A DNA stretch of 64,000 bases from Octopus sinensis. Taxonomy: Eukaryota. Shown one piece after another: positions 1 through 12,086 of this stretch (positions within the stretch are counted from its first letter, which is position 1; every line of letters begins with the position of its first letter). Made by a program: the position numbers and the translations under genes. The stretch lies in the NCBI RefSeq assembly GCF_006345805.1, contig NC_043007.1, positions 16,802,001 through 16,866,000 on the forward strand, given 5' to 3'. Below the pieces are notes generated by a model. The model did no database searches. It worked only from the letters and a program-made list of their open reading frames with translations, and had not been told where the DNA came from.

Positions 1-181
1 GGGGCTAAACATAGAACGGACAAACAAGGACAGACAAAGGGATTAAGTTGATTACATCGACCCCAGTGCGTAACTGGTACTTATTTAATCGACCCCGAAA
101 GGATGAAAGGCAAAGTTGACCTCGGCGGAATTCGAACCCAGAATGTAATGGCAGACAAAATACTGCTAAGCATTTTGCCCG
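1..181 (-). mobile_element. tRNA-derived SINE family M (Meta-domain-like), partial copy
   Basis: Reverse complement of the family seen at 2111 and about 15 other loci: B-box GAGTTCAAATTCC and central GCCTTTCATCCTTTCGGGGTCGAT. The Meta-domain resemblance is from memory. Confidence 0.85.
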
Positions 182-1294
182 ATTCAAAGGAAAATGGAAC
201 CCTGGCATGTTGGCATACTACTGCTGGGGTGTAAAAAAGATCACACTCCGCACAAGAGGCTTAGAAGGGCAAATGTTGTTTAAACTGACAGGTGTGTTTT
301 TAATTCATAACCAATATATGTTTTGTTATACCAACTAAATTTTTGTGTTGTTCTTTTTGTAACTTTCATTATTTGCAATGTTGTGTTCAATACGCAATAT
401 TATGCAATATATTATAAAACATATGGTTCATGGTACAGGGGGGAATCGGTGCATAATCTGGAGAAATGAAGGTCAGAATCAGAATCAGGACAATTTTTTG
501 ACCCAGAAACAAGTCTTGATTAACTTGTACTTTTTTTTAACCTGAAATTTGTTGCACAGTGTATTCGAACATGTAAAACAACAAACATTCTTGTACAGGT
601 CAAAAGAAAACTATTTAGAACATTTCTCGAAATGTCTAGGAACAATCTAAATGAAATCAGAACGATTTGACTTCAAAGAAAATAGTCAGCCAAGTAAGTT
701 AAAACTAAATAAAGATATTTTAATTAACTTTTAAACACACACGACAAAAAATAACAAATTGTATTCCTGAAATGAAATGAATAAAATACGTATTTTTCTG
801 GTAATTAGTGAGAAAATAAGTTACTCGTTTGCAATAAATTATGTACATATTAAATGAATGTACGTATATTTTTCCTCCCCAAATTGTTTGTCCTTCAAAA
901 TAGAACTTCAACTTTGAAATATTCCATTGTTTATGTCTATTAACATATATTCTCTACATTTGTAAGAAATCTCAGTCAAGTATTTCATGAGCACTTTTCT
1001 CAGATGAAAATCGTTTATTAACCAACGGAATTTACTGATTCACAGGTGTTGATGTTTTTTTTTTTTTTGTTTTTGGTTTTTTTTTTCCATTTGCATTTCA
1101 TTGGCAACACATTTCCTATTTTGTTTTTCTTTTAACATCTCCTTTTCCATGCTTGTACGGGTCAGATGGAATTTGTTGAGGTGGATTTTCCTACAGCCCG
1201 ATGCCTTTCCTGTTGCTAACCCTCACCTGTTTCCAGGTAATGTTTCCCCATGACCAGACATGTTCTCATGGGAGATTGGAAAGAAAAAAAGAAC

Positions 1295-1974
1295 GGATCT
1301 TTACCTTTTGACCTACAGATTTAAAAAAATAATTTTTTGTAACTAAACACTTTCAAACTTCGTATACTGGTAGAATGTGTCATATAAAACACCTTTTACT
1401 CTTAGCGTTTTTGATAAAAACTTATATTTTTAAAGTTTATTCATGTTGAAGTTCTCGTATTTCGGTAATTTCAACCAATCAATGACGTGTATTCAGCTGA
1501 ATAAAATTACTGCCGTTGTTTGTCAACAACAACTATCAGCGGTGTATATTTCGTTTGTCACTGTTATTTATTACAACCCTAACTCTAAAACCCTAACCCT
1601 AACCTTAAAACCTTAACCCTAACACCCTAATCCTAAAACCCTAACACTAACCCTAAAACCTTAAACCTTAAAACCAGTACAAACGCACGAACGATGTCAT
1701 AAATAACAGTGACAAACGAAATATACACCGCCGAAAGTTGTTGTTGAGAAGCAACAGCAGTAATTTTATTCAGCTGAATACACGTCATTGATTGGTTGAA
1801 ATTACCAAAATAGGAGAACTTCAGCATGAAATAACTTCGTAAATATAAGTTTTTCTCAAAAACGCTAAGAGTAAAAGGTGTTTTATATGACACATTCTAC
1901 CAGTATACGAAGTTTGAAAGTGTTTAGTTACAAAAAATTATCTTTTAAATCTGTCGGTCAAAAGGTAAAGATCC
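1295..1974. mobile_element. Palindromic MITE, Merlin-like (GG termini, 8-bp TSD)
   Basis: About 280-bp inverted arms, GGATCTTTACCTTTTGAC...GTCAAAAGGTAAAGATCC. TSD AAAAGAAC at 1287-1294 and 1975-1982. Confidence 0.85.
1577..1672. repeat. Degenerate telomere-like (CCCTAA)n inside the MITE
   Basis: ACCCTAACTCTAAAACCCTAACCCTAACCTTAAAACC... Confidence 0.85.
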
Positions 1975-2110
1975 AAAAGAACTCCTCTTACACGACAGTG
2001 ACACTCATTTACAACTATCACATCATGGCAAGGCAAGGAGACAGTTACAAACACATACAGGTATATAAACACACGCACACACACACATATATGTGGGTAG
2101 GTAGGTAGGT

Positions 2111-2344
2111 AGGCGGAGAACTGGCAGAAACGTTAGCATGCCGGGCGAAATGCGTAGCCGTATTTCGTCTGCCGTTACGTTCTGAGTTCAAATTCCGCCG
2201 AGGTCGACTTTGCCTTTCATCCTTTTGGGGTCGATAAATTAAGTACCAGTTACGCACTGGGGTCAATGTAATCGACTTAATCCGTTTGTCTGTCCTTGTT
2301 TGTCCCTTCTCTGTTTAGCCCCGTGTGGGTAGTAAAGAAATAGG
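2111..2344 (+). mobile_element. SINE family M, full length
   Basis: A-box-like TGGCAGAAACGTTAG, B-box GAGTTCAAATTCC, tail AAAGAAATAGG. Further single copies at about 8959-9168(+), 25444-25680(+), 28120-28340(-), 30585-30815(-), 44790-45008(-) and 61590-61820(-). Confidence 0.9.
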
Positions 2345-2523
2345 TATATGATGGGCTTCATTCAATTTCCGTCTATGAAAGACATTCACAAGGCTTTGGT
2401 GGGCCCAAGTAGAAGAAACTTGCCCAAGGTGACATCCAGTGGGACTGAACCCAAAACTAAGCACACGGGAACCAAACTTCTTACCACACAGCCACACCTG
2501 TGCATAAAATAAAAATAAGAATC

Positions 2524-2860
2524 TGAGACCCCCTTCGGTCACGGCACTGACCATGGGATTGCATCTAGAAAGTTACCCTCCCAGGCATAAGTCCGAGCAA
2601 GTTTGTTTGTGTAAGACCAGCAGTCGCCCATCCATACCAGCCTCCCCTCTCCACACCACTGATGTTATCCAAGGAAAAGGCAAAGGGGCCGATACAGCTT
2701 GACACCTGTGACGTCGCAATTCATTTCTACAGCTGAGTGAACTAGAGCAGCGTGAAATAAAGTGTCTTGCTCAAGAACACAACATGCAGCTCGGTCCAGG
2801 ATTCAAGCTTACAACCTCACGATTGTAAGCTTGAATCTCATCCACTGAACCATGTGCCTT
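2524..2860 (-). mobile_element. tRNA-derived SINE family T (CORE-like centre)
   Basis: Second copy at 43770-44062. On the minus strand: tRNA-like head, GTGTTCTTGAGCAAGACACTT segment and a shared 3' tail. Confidence 0.75.
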
Positions 2861-3189
2861 CACTAAATAAGAATACAATACAATAAGAATACAATACAAT
2901 AAAACAACCTGAGTACTGAGACAGCCTGTGTGTTAATAACCTGTTAATAGTTTCACATAAGTATGATAAACAAGCATTAAGCTTTGCTGTCTGCATGTAA
3001 ATACAGCCTGTTGGAAAAACTGTATGGTTGTCTTTGCTATACAAATGAAGACAGCTCAACTAGTTTTCACTGGTTATTGCTGTCTCATCAGGTCATACAA
3101 AGAAAGAGAGGAGGGAAACAGAGAGAGAGAGAGAGGGTGGTAAGAGAGGAAGCAACTTAGAGCTACTTATAAAAAACGCTGCCTTTTAT

Positions 3190-3405
3190 ACACTTTTACT
3201 TGTTTCAGTCATGTGACTGTGGCCATGCTGGAGCACCGCCTTTAGTCGAAGAAATCAACCCCAGGACTCATTCTTTGTAAGCCTAGTACTTATTCTATCG
3301 GTATCTTTTGCTGAACCATTACGTTACAGGGAGGTAAACACACCAGCATTGGTTGTTAAGCGATGTTGGGGGGACAAACACAGACACACAAACACACACA
3401 CATAT

Positions 3406-3463
<58 letters not shown>

Positions 3464-3660
3464 ACTATCTCATTTTATAATATATATATATATATATATA
3501 GACAGGCTTCTTTCATTTTCCTTGTACCAAATCCACTCACAAGGCTTTGGTCGGCCCGAGGCTATAGTAGGAGACACTTGCCCAAGATCCCACGCAGTGG
3601 GACTGAACCCGGAACCATGTGGCTGGTAAGCAAGCTACTTACCACACAACCACTCCTACT
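3190..3660 (-). mobile_element. SINE family C (CORE-like) with internal (TA)n/(CA)n tract
   Basis: Reverse complement of the 3898 copy, with CORE-like ACCTTGGGCAAGTG. Other copies at about 7670-8040, 17900-18298, 20723-21055, 24560-24925, 27510-27932, 35812-36215 and 51892-52545. Confidence 0.85.
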
Positions 3661-3897
3661 CATTAATTTAACCACAAATCTAAACAGAAAACTTTTGTTA
3701 TGCTCCTGCTTGAAATTTGGTGGCATTGGGTGTGGCAGCACAGCCTGTACACTGCTTGCAGTGGGACTGAACCCAAAAGCCATGTAGTTGCAAAGCAAGT
3801 TTCTTAACCACACGGCCATGCTTGCACTAAGAGTAAAATCATGTTACTGTAACAACTTGAGTTCATCCAGTTGTGACAACACAATGGTTTAACCACA

Positions 3898-4068
3898 GGC
3901 GCAGGAGTGGCCGTGTGGTATGTAGCTTGTTTACCAACCACATGGTTCCGGGTTCAGTCCCACTGCGTGGCACCTTAGGCAAGTGTCTTCTACTATAGCC
4001 TTGGGCCGACTAAAGCCTTGTGAATGGATTTGGTAGACGGAAACTGAAAGAAGCCCGTAGTATATATG

Positions 4069-4107
<39 letters not shown>

Positions 4108-4310
4108 TTGTGTGTCTGTGTTTGTCCCCTAGCATTGCTTGACAACCGATGTTGGTGTGTTTATGTCCCCGTCACTTAGCGGTTCGGCAAAAGGGACCGA
4201 TAGAATAAGTACTGGGCTTACAAAAGAATATGTCCCGGGTTCGAGTTGCTCGATTAAAGGTGGTGCTCCAGCATGGCCGCAGTCAAATGACTGAAACAAG
4301 TAAAAGAGAG
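3898..4310 (+). mobile_element. SINE family C, full length
   Basis: GGCGCAGGAGTGGCCGTGTGG head, GGTTCAGTCCC B-box-like motif, internal (TA)n(TG)n, tail ACAAGTAAAAGAG. Confidence 0.85.
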
Positions 4311-4930
4311 ATATGCAAATACGTATCAAATAAAGCTAAAATGCAAATACGTATCGAATATATGTATGTGAATTCTTCACAGTTTATTGAAACATAAATG
4401 AGTCACCAGAATTTTCTTTAAAGAAAAAAAAAGAAAAAACCAACAACAGCAAAAAATTCGGTCTCTTGCATTGCAAATACTGACTCACTGATTAGTTCTA
4501 GCCTTTGACTTACTAAAGATCAAAGAGTTTTCTACTGGGATTTATCAAGACATTAACCTTGCAGCAAATTCCATTCCTATCATCCTTGAGACAAAACATA
4601 CAACGTTATGAATTTAATACAAAATGTCATTTTAGGTTGCATACATTCTCAGATCCATTAAAAGAATATTAAAAGTCGCTTCCTTTAAAATATCGTCGCA
4701 GTCATCCTCGTTCTCATTGCTGTTGCTGTCATCATTTTCGTCATCATCATCATTGTCGTTGTTATCATCATCATAATCGTTATTTTAATATTCACTTTTC
4801 CATGCTTGCATGTATTGCATAGATTTTGTTGAGGTATATTTTCTACAGCTGGATGCTTTCCTGTAGCCAGCCCCCACCTGTTTCCAAGTAGGGAGATATA
4901 TTGGCATGGTCAAACATGTATATATATATA

Positions 4931-5112
4931 GGTGGCACGTAAAAAGCACCCACTACACTCACGGAGTGGTTGGCGTTAGGAAGGGCATCCAGCTGTAGAA
5001 ACATTGCCAGATTAGACTGGAGCCTGGTGCAGCCTTCTGGCTTCCCAAAACCCCGGTCGAACCGTCCAACCCATGCTAGCATGGAGAACGGACGTTAAAC
5101 GACGATGATGAT
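4931..5112 (+). mobile_element. (GAT)n-tailed retroposon 3' part (family E)
   Basis: GGTTGGCGTTAGGAAGGGCATCCAGCTGTAG...GGACGTTAAACGACGATGATG. Copies at about 5390-5600, 12530-12735, 16805-17130 and 43330-43650(-). Confidence 0.8.
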
Positions 5113-5204
5113 ATATAGGGAGAGTTTACGAAAAAAAAAGACGAAGAAAGGTGGTGTACAAAACAAACAGATGTAGTAGTATAACACTCAGGAATAGAAA
5201 AAGT

Positions 5205-5240
5205 CTTTTACGTTTCGAGCCTATGCTCTTCTACAGAAAG
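5205..5240 (-). ncRNA. Minimal type I hammerhead-like motif in a short Penelope-type repeat (about 5113-5250)
   Basis: Minus strand reads CTTT-CTGTAGA-A-GAGC-ATAG-GCTC-GAAAC-GTA-AAAG: 4-bp helix I, 4-bp helix II, palindromic ACGT helix III, GUA triplet. Core has U in place of A6. Confidence 0.6.
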
Positions 5241-5780
5241 GGACACAGAAAACTGAGTCCATTTCAAGTGTTGGGCCTCACAGAGGCAAAGTGACTGAGT
5301 TCCTTTCAAGTGTTCGGCCTCAAAGAGGCAATGATCAAGACCTTAGGTATTATGTTGTGCCATCAAACCAAGCACAATCACAGTTGTGGTAGATACCAGT
5401 GCCATGTAAATGGCACCCGTGCCAGTGGCAGGTAAAAGTACCTATTACACTCTTCGAGTGGTTGGTGTTAGGAAGGGCATCCAACCATAGAAACCAATGC
5501 CAAATCAGACTGGAGTTTAGTGCAGCATGCCAGTTCAGTCAAACCATCCAACCCATGCCAGTATGGAAAGAGGATGCTGAATGATGATGATGATGATGAT
5601 GATATATGCATATTTGTGTGTATGCTGGGTTCATGTTTTAGTGTCTTCTTGTTTTAACATCGCATGATAGTTGTAAAGTCGTAAATGAGTGTCACTTCCA
5701 TACAAGTGGTGTCGATCATTTCTAACATTCTTTGAAAATATGTCTAGCTGGTGACTCATGGAAAATTGGATGCTAAAACA

Positions 5781-6014
<234 letters not shown>

Positions 6015-6859
6015 AAATTTTATACAGTGGTTTGTTACACCAAACCATTGAAAAGAGGAAAGACAAAGTAGATTTGACTCCACAATATTCTCATCTCCAA
6101 ACTCTTCCTGTGTTGGATCAATTTTAAAACTTTGCTTCACAATAATGGGAGGAGATTTGATGTAGAAATGACCGAATATTTTGTTGCTGTATCATTCAAT
6201 GAAGGAATGGCAACTTTTTGTTTCTTCCGTGTCTGAGACATGAAAGAGAAATTCCAAGCATGAGACACAGCTTAACTTACAGACAGAAGGAAATGCGTTT
6301 GAACAATCAACAAGATTTTCTTCAAACCCATTCTTTGTTTGATGTCCGTGTGACATACCCTTGTAGCATGTCAAGTGCAAATAATCTTTTACGGTTTATT
6401 TGTTTCAGTCATCGGACTGCGGCCATTCTGGGGCACCCATTTTGAAGGGTTTAGTTGGACAAAATTGACCTGGGTATTCATTGGCATCCGGTATATGTTC
6501 TAGTTTTGGGAACATATGCAAACTAACATCAGTTTTCAAGTGGTGAAAGACAAACACAAAGACATATGCTCACACACACACAACCTGCTTCTGTACAGTT
6601 TCCATCTACCAAATTGATTGGGCCAGGCCTGAAGTAGGAGTGAACCAAAACCACACAGTTGTGAAGTGAAATTCTTAACCATGTAGCCATGCCAGTGTCT
6701 ATATAATCATTAAGCCTTATTCAGCTTATTGTGATTATTGATCTCCTGTACAAGAACACATTCTCTGCAAATAAAAGATAATGCATACTCTGGTTTGTGT
6801 ATTGAGTTTTCTTTCCCTTGTTTGTAAAAACCAAATGTACCTACACACCCACAAACATA

Positions 6860-6949
6860 CTTATGTATACATATATACATACATATATATATATATACAC
6901 ACACATGTATATATACACATGTATAATATATATATATATATATATATTA

Positions 6950-6997
<48 letters not shown>

Positions 6998-7166
6998 GTA
7001 TATATACACATGTATGTATGTATATATATATATATATGTGTGTGTGTATGTGTATATATATATGTATGTATATATATATATATATATATAATTATATATA
7101 TATATATATATAATATATATATATATATATTATATATTATATATATATATATATTATATATATATA

Positions 7167-7257
<91 letters not shown>

Positions 7258-7258
7258 G
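6860..7258. repeat. Compound (AT)n/(AGAT)n microsatellite
   Basis: Direct reading. Confidence 0.98.
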
Positions 7259-8038
7259 ATATCAGAGGTGACTCCAGGTCATCAGCTTCACCTGGGCTCA
7301 TCACAGATTTCACATAAGATACATGCCAGCTTGAAAAGTTTCATGCTTTTCCGCAATATTTCTAGCGCTAAATAGCTTATTTTTTAATATCTAGCTCTAT
7401 GTCTTTCTCCATTTCTAAGTTAAGGGTAAAAATAAAACAACCCTGCAACACACAATTGATCTTTACCTACAGATGCACAGAATAACAGCAATCAAAGAAC
7501 GACAATAGAGTGCATAACAAACATCAGCGATCTGACTGTCGCCTGCACTCTTGAGAAGAGATGCCAGTTAGCCTTTAACACCTACCAGATTCGTTTGTAT
7601 TAGCCTGAGTCACTGGATAATTTTTCGTTCCACTGCTTGCTTTAGCTATGGTACAATGGCAACAATCTGGACTGCTTACCAACCACATGGTTCTGGGTTC
7701 AGTCCCACTGCATGGCAACTTGGGCAAGTGTCTTCTACTATAGCCTTGGGTCGACCAAAGCATTGTGAGTGGATTTGGTAGGCGGAAACTGAAAGAAGCC
7801 CATAGTATATATGTATGTATATATATATATATTTATGTGTGAGTATATGTTTGTGTGTCTATGTTTGTCCCACCAACATCGCTTGACAACCGATGCTGGT
7901 GTGTTTACGGCCCCGTAACTTAGCGGTCTGGCAAAAAGAGACCAATAGAATAAGTCCTGGGGTCGATTTGCTCAACTAAAAAGGCAGTACTCCAGCATGG
8001 CCGCAATCAAATGACTGAAATAAGTAAAAGAATAAAAG

Positions 8039-8102
<64 letters not shown>

Positions 8103-8254
8103 GTTTAACGTCTGCTTTCCATGCTAGCATGGGTTGGACGATTTTACTGAGGAATGGCAAACCAGATGGCTGCAACAGGCTCTAAAATATATATATAGTA
8201 GCTGCATTTTTGTATACAAGCAAAGCAATTGCTAGAAATAATCATTGAAATGAA

Positions 8255-8855
8255 TCATTGATGATGCAATGTGAGGCCCTTGCATGACTCTTGAGCCCAG
8301 CCAAAGATTTGCACATTATTTCTGCATAATGCACAGTTGTGCTGGCTGGCAAACGGAACAGGTACCACCATGTAAATTCTTTTGACATGCCTTTTCAATC
8401 CTCCAACTGAAAGACACACCTTTTCACAGGTTGTGCATGTCCTGTTGTGAACAATAGCTGTATCACAATTCACATTCCTCTGAGTTCTCAGATGGTTGAC
8501 CAAGGTTGCATGACTCAAAACATTTCCTCCCACAAGTCACACACATAAAAGGCAACACTCCCTCATTTTCCACAGGTTCATTCTTTCTAAGCCTTCTCAT
8601 GCTTCAATCTCGATCTTTCACACATCGAACAATCACTGTGCATTCTTTTCCTCCATCCGTTTCAATCTTGTGCTCTCCCAAGCAACAACTGAAACTCCTG
8701 TCTCTGTCAGAGCAATTCTGAGGCAGTCCTTGAACCTCATTTTGGGTCCTATGTGCTGGTCCCCTACCATCTTCCAGCTCACCATACAAAAGTTGCTTAG
8801 GAAGTCTTTCATCATTCATTCTCACCATCCTACCTTAAATGCCCACCCTACCTAA
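8255..8855 (-). mobile_element. RTE-clade LINE 3' relic (RT C-terminus plus C2H2 fingers)
   Basis: VRMNDERLPKQLLYGEL...GPKMRFKDCLR and CTTCEKVCLSVGGLKRH, frameshifted. Confidence 0.85.
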
Positions 8856-9223
8856 AAGGATTTTGCAGAATCATTGATTCTACACTCCTACTACCACTTC
8901 TCTCAAGTACCTCCCACATCACTGATTGTCATTTTAAATTTTATATATGTATATATAAGTTAGCGCGCCAGGCGAAATGCTTAGCGATATTTCGTCTGTC
9001 GTTACATTCTGAGTTCAAATTCTGCCGAGGTCAACTTTGCCTTTCATCCTTTCGGGGTCGATAAATAAAGTACCAGTTTCGCACTGGGGGCGATATAATC
9101 GACTCAATCCCTTCGTCTGTCTTTGTTTGTCCCCTCTATGTTTAGCCCCTTGTGAGCAGTAAAGAAATATATATATATATATATATATTTCTTTACTGCT
9201 CACAATATATATATATGTGCCTC

Positions 9224-9341
<118 letters not shown>

Positions 9342-9367
9342 ATTTATATATATATATATATATATAA

Positions 9368-9440
<73 letters not shown>

Positions 9441-9441
<1 letters not shown>

Positions 9442-9688
9442 GAGGCACATGGCTTAGTGGTTAGGGTGTCAGCATCATGATCGTAATATTCTGGTTTCGA
9501 TTCCTGGACTGGGCGACGCGTTGTGTTCTTGAGTAAAACACTTCATTTCATGTTGTTCCAGCCCACTCAGCTGGCAAAAATGAGTATTGCTGCGATGGAC
9601 TGGTGTCCCGTCCAGCTGGGGAACACATACACCATAGAAACTGGGAAACCGGGCCCATGAGCCTGGCTAGGCTTTAAAAGGGCGCATT
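9441..9688 (+). mobile_element. tRNA-derived SINE with V-domain-like motif (family V)
   Basis: tRNA-like head plus CTGCGATGGACTGGTGTCCCGTCCAG. Another copy at 50106-50305. Confidence 0.75.
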
Positions 9689-9702
9689 TATTTATATTAT
9701 AT

Positions 9703-9733
<31 letters not shown>

Positions 9734-9916
9734 TACGTGTGTATATATATATTTATATGATGTATGTATATATATATTATATAATATATATATATATCAA
9801 CATCAGGAACGGCCATAATAGGCCATTCACCCACTAGAAGAACAGCCAAAGCTTCAACCGCAAATAAAGATCAATTCCGTAAACAGGAGAAAATTTAAAA
9901 AAACATTTACCCTGTA

Positions 9917-10023
9917 ATTTCTTGTACGCGTGCACCGTTTCGTCTGCTGTTTAATGGTAAACTAACCTGATTAAATTAAATCAAGCCAATCTTCCATAGG
10001 CCCTCAGATTCTTCAGCAAGAAT
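9917..10023 (-). ncRNA. Type I hammerhead ribozyme (inverted copy)
   Basis: Minus strand reads TTCTTG-CTGAAGA-ATCTG...CAGAC-GAAAC-GGTGCACGC-GTA-CAAGAA. Confidence 0.7.
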
Positions 10024-10380
10024 AGCCAAGTCGGAACAGATATTTTCACGAGGCATTTCCGACCCTGCCAAGGCAATATCTGACCTAAAATTTTCAAATC
10101 GTCGCACTCGCGCCAAATTTATCGGCAGCAAATAAATATAAGCCGTCGATTCCACTGGTCGATTTGCCGCTGGTGGCAAAAAGAATTCTACAAAATTTTT
10201 TTCACCACCCTATATTGATTAATTATGAATTTTCTGGTTAATTCCGTAATGGAATCGACGGCTTATATTTATTTGCTGCCGATATAAATTTGGCGCGAGT
10301 GCGACGATTTGAAAATTTTAGGTCAGATATTGCCTTGGCAGGGTCGGAAATGCCTCGTGAAAATCTGTTCCGACTTGGCT

Positions 10381-10487
10381 ATTTCTTGCTGAAGAATCTG
10401 AGGGCCTATGGAAGATTGGCTTGATTTAATTTAATCAGGTTAGTTTACCATTAAACAGCAGACGAAACGGTGCATCGTACAAGAAAT
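10381..10487 (+). ncRNA. Type I hammerhead ribozyme (tandem unit 1)
   Basis: Helix I ATTTCTTG/CAAGAAAT (8 bp), core CTGAAGA at 10389-10395, helix II TCTG/CAGA, GAAA at 10464-10467, helix III ACGG-TGCA-TCGT, GUA triplet. Predicted cut 10479/10480. Confidence 0.75.
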
Positions 10488-10871
10488 TACAGGGTAAATG
10501 TTTTTTTTAATTTTCTCCTGTTTACGGAATTGATCTTTATTTGCGGTTGAAGCTTTGGCTGTTATTTCTAGTGGGTGAATGGCCTATTATGGCCGTTCCT
10601 TGATTGTTGATGTTGAACTTAAAAATGGTCTACGACTATTTAATTTTTCCCACTAGGCCGCTGGTGGCAAAAAGAATTCTACAAAATTTTTTTCACCACC
10701 CTATATTGATTAATTATGAATTTTCTGGTTAATTCCGTAATGGAATCGACGGCTTATATTTATTTGCTGCCGATAAATTTGGCGCGAGTGCGACGATTTG
10801 AAAATTTTAGGTCAGATATTGCCTTGGCAGGGTCGGAAATGCCTCGTGAAAATATCTGTTCCGACTTGGCT

Positions 10872-10978
10872 ATTTCTTGCTGAAGAATCTGAGGGCCTAT
10901 GGAAGATTGGCTTGATTTAATTTAATCAGGTTAGTTTACCATTAAACAGCAGACGAAACGGTGCATCGTACAAGAAAT
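10872..10978 (+). ncRNA. Type I hammerhead ribozyme (tandem unit 2)
   Basis: Same fold as unit 1, 491 nt downstream. Predicted cut 10970/10971. Confidence 0.75.
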
Positions 10979-11167
10979 TACAGGGTAAATGTTTTTTTAA
11001 ATTTTCTCCTGTTTACGGAATTGATCTTTATTTGCGGTTGAAGCTTTGGCCGTTCCTTGATTGTTGATGTTGAACTTAAAAATGGTCTACGACTATTTAA
11101 TTTTTTCCCACTAGGCCGCTGGTGGCAAAAAGAATTCTACAAAATTTTTTTCACCACCCTATATTGA

Positions 11168-11205
<38 letters not shown>

Positions 11206-11299
11206 ATCCAAACATGAACAAGCAAGAAAAAAAACAATGCGAGGACGTGGAACAAGTATAGTGTTATTGGACGCTCAGGAAAGGAAAGAAAGAAAGAAG

Positions 11300-11334
11300 A
11301 TTTCACATTTCGAGTGGAGCTCTTCATCAGAAAT
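11300..11334 (-). ncRNA. Degenerate minimal hammerhead in a Penelope-type repeat (about 11203-11400)
   Basis: Minus strand reads ATTT-CTGATGA-A-GAG-CTCCA-CTC-GAAAT-GTG-AAAT. Canonical core, but the GUG triplet suggests it is inactive. Confidence 0.55.
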
Positions 11335-12001
11335 ACAGAAAAGACAAAAGGGAAGACAGAGAAAAAAAATCACCAACGATACACACGCGGTCACATATTG
11401 AAATATTATTGAATATATATATATATTCAAATACATAATCATCATCATTTATCATTCATGATCCATTCAGGCATGTGTTTGTGTGTATATAATATATATA
11501 TATATCCATATATATATATATATCCATACATACAGAGAGAAACACAGAGAGGGAGAGAGATGCATATGCATACACATGCAAACATACACACACACACACA
11601 CACATACATACACACACAGAGGAAAGGAAAGAGAGAGGGTGGTGTGAAATCGGATATATTCATGCAAAAAAAAAACATACATAGTGAACAAGTAAACAGT
11701 ATAAAAACAATATGCACAAGAACTCATACATCTCTCTTTGTTTTTCCTCTGACAAGAAACCAGAGACCTTCTTTTACTCGGTTATCGAACCAAAATATAA
11801 TTGTAAATCACTATTTCAATACTGCACCTTCCTGATTCATAAATAGGATAACCAGTAAAGTCCATACTGGAGCAGTGATAAACAGTGTCAGTGATGCTGC
11901 ATAACGGCAACAGAAGAACAATAAAGGATTATAAACCAATTACAGCATGCAGCCAACTGCCATTTAATTCCACTGGAGTGCTAACTACCTCCTACCCACT
12001 G

Positions 12002-12039
12002 TCTATCTATCTATCTCTCTATCTATCTATCTATCTATC

Positions 12040-12086
<47 letters not shown>

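Larger units (their letters stand above)
9796..11172. mobile_element. Non-autonomous Penelope-like / retrozyme insertion: inverted copy plus tandem 491-bp units
   Basis: 9796-10154 is the reverse complement of about 10250-10611. Direct units start at 10166, 10657 and 11115. Each full unit has a hammerhead fold. Both ends abut (AT)n. Confidence 0.8.
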
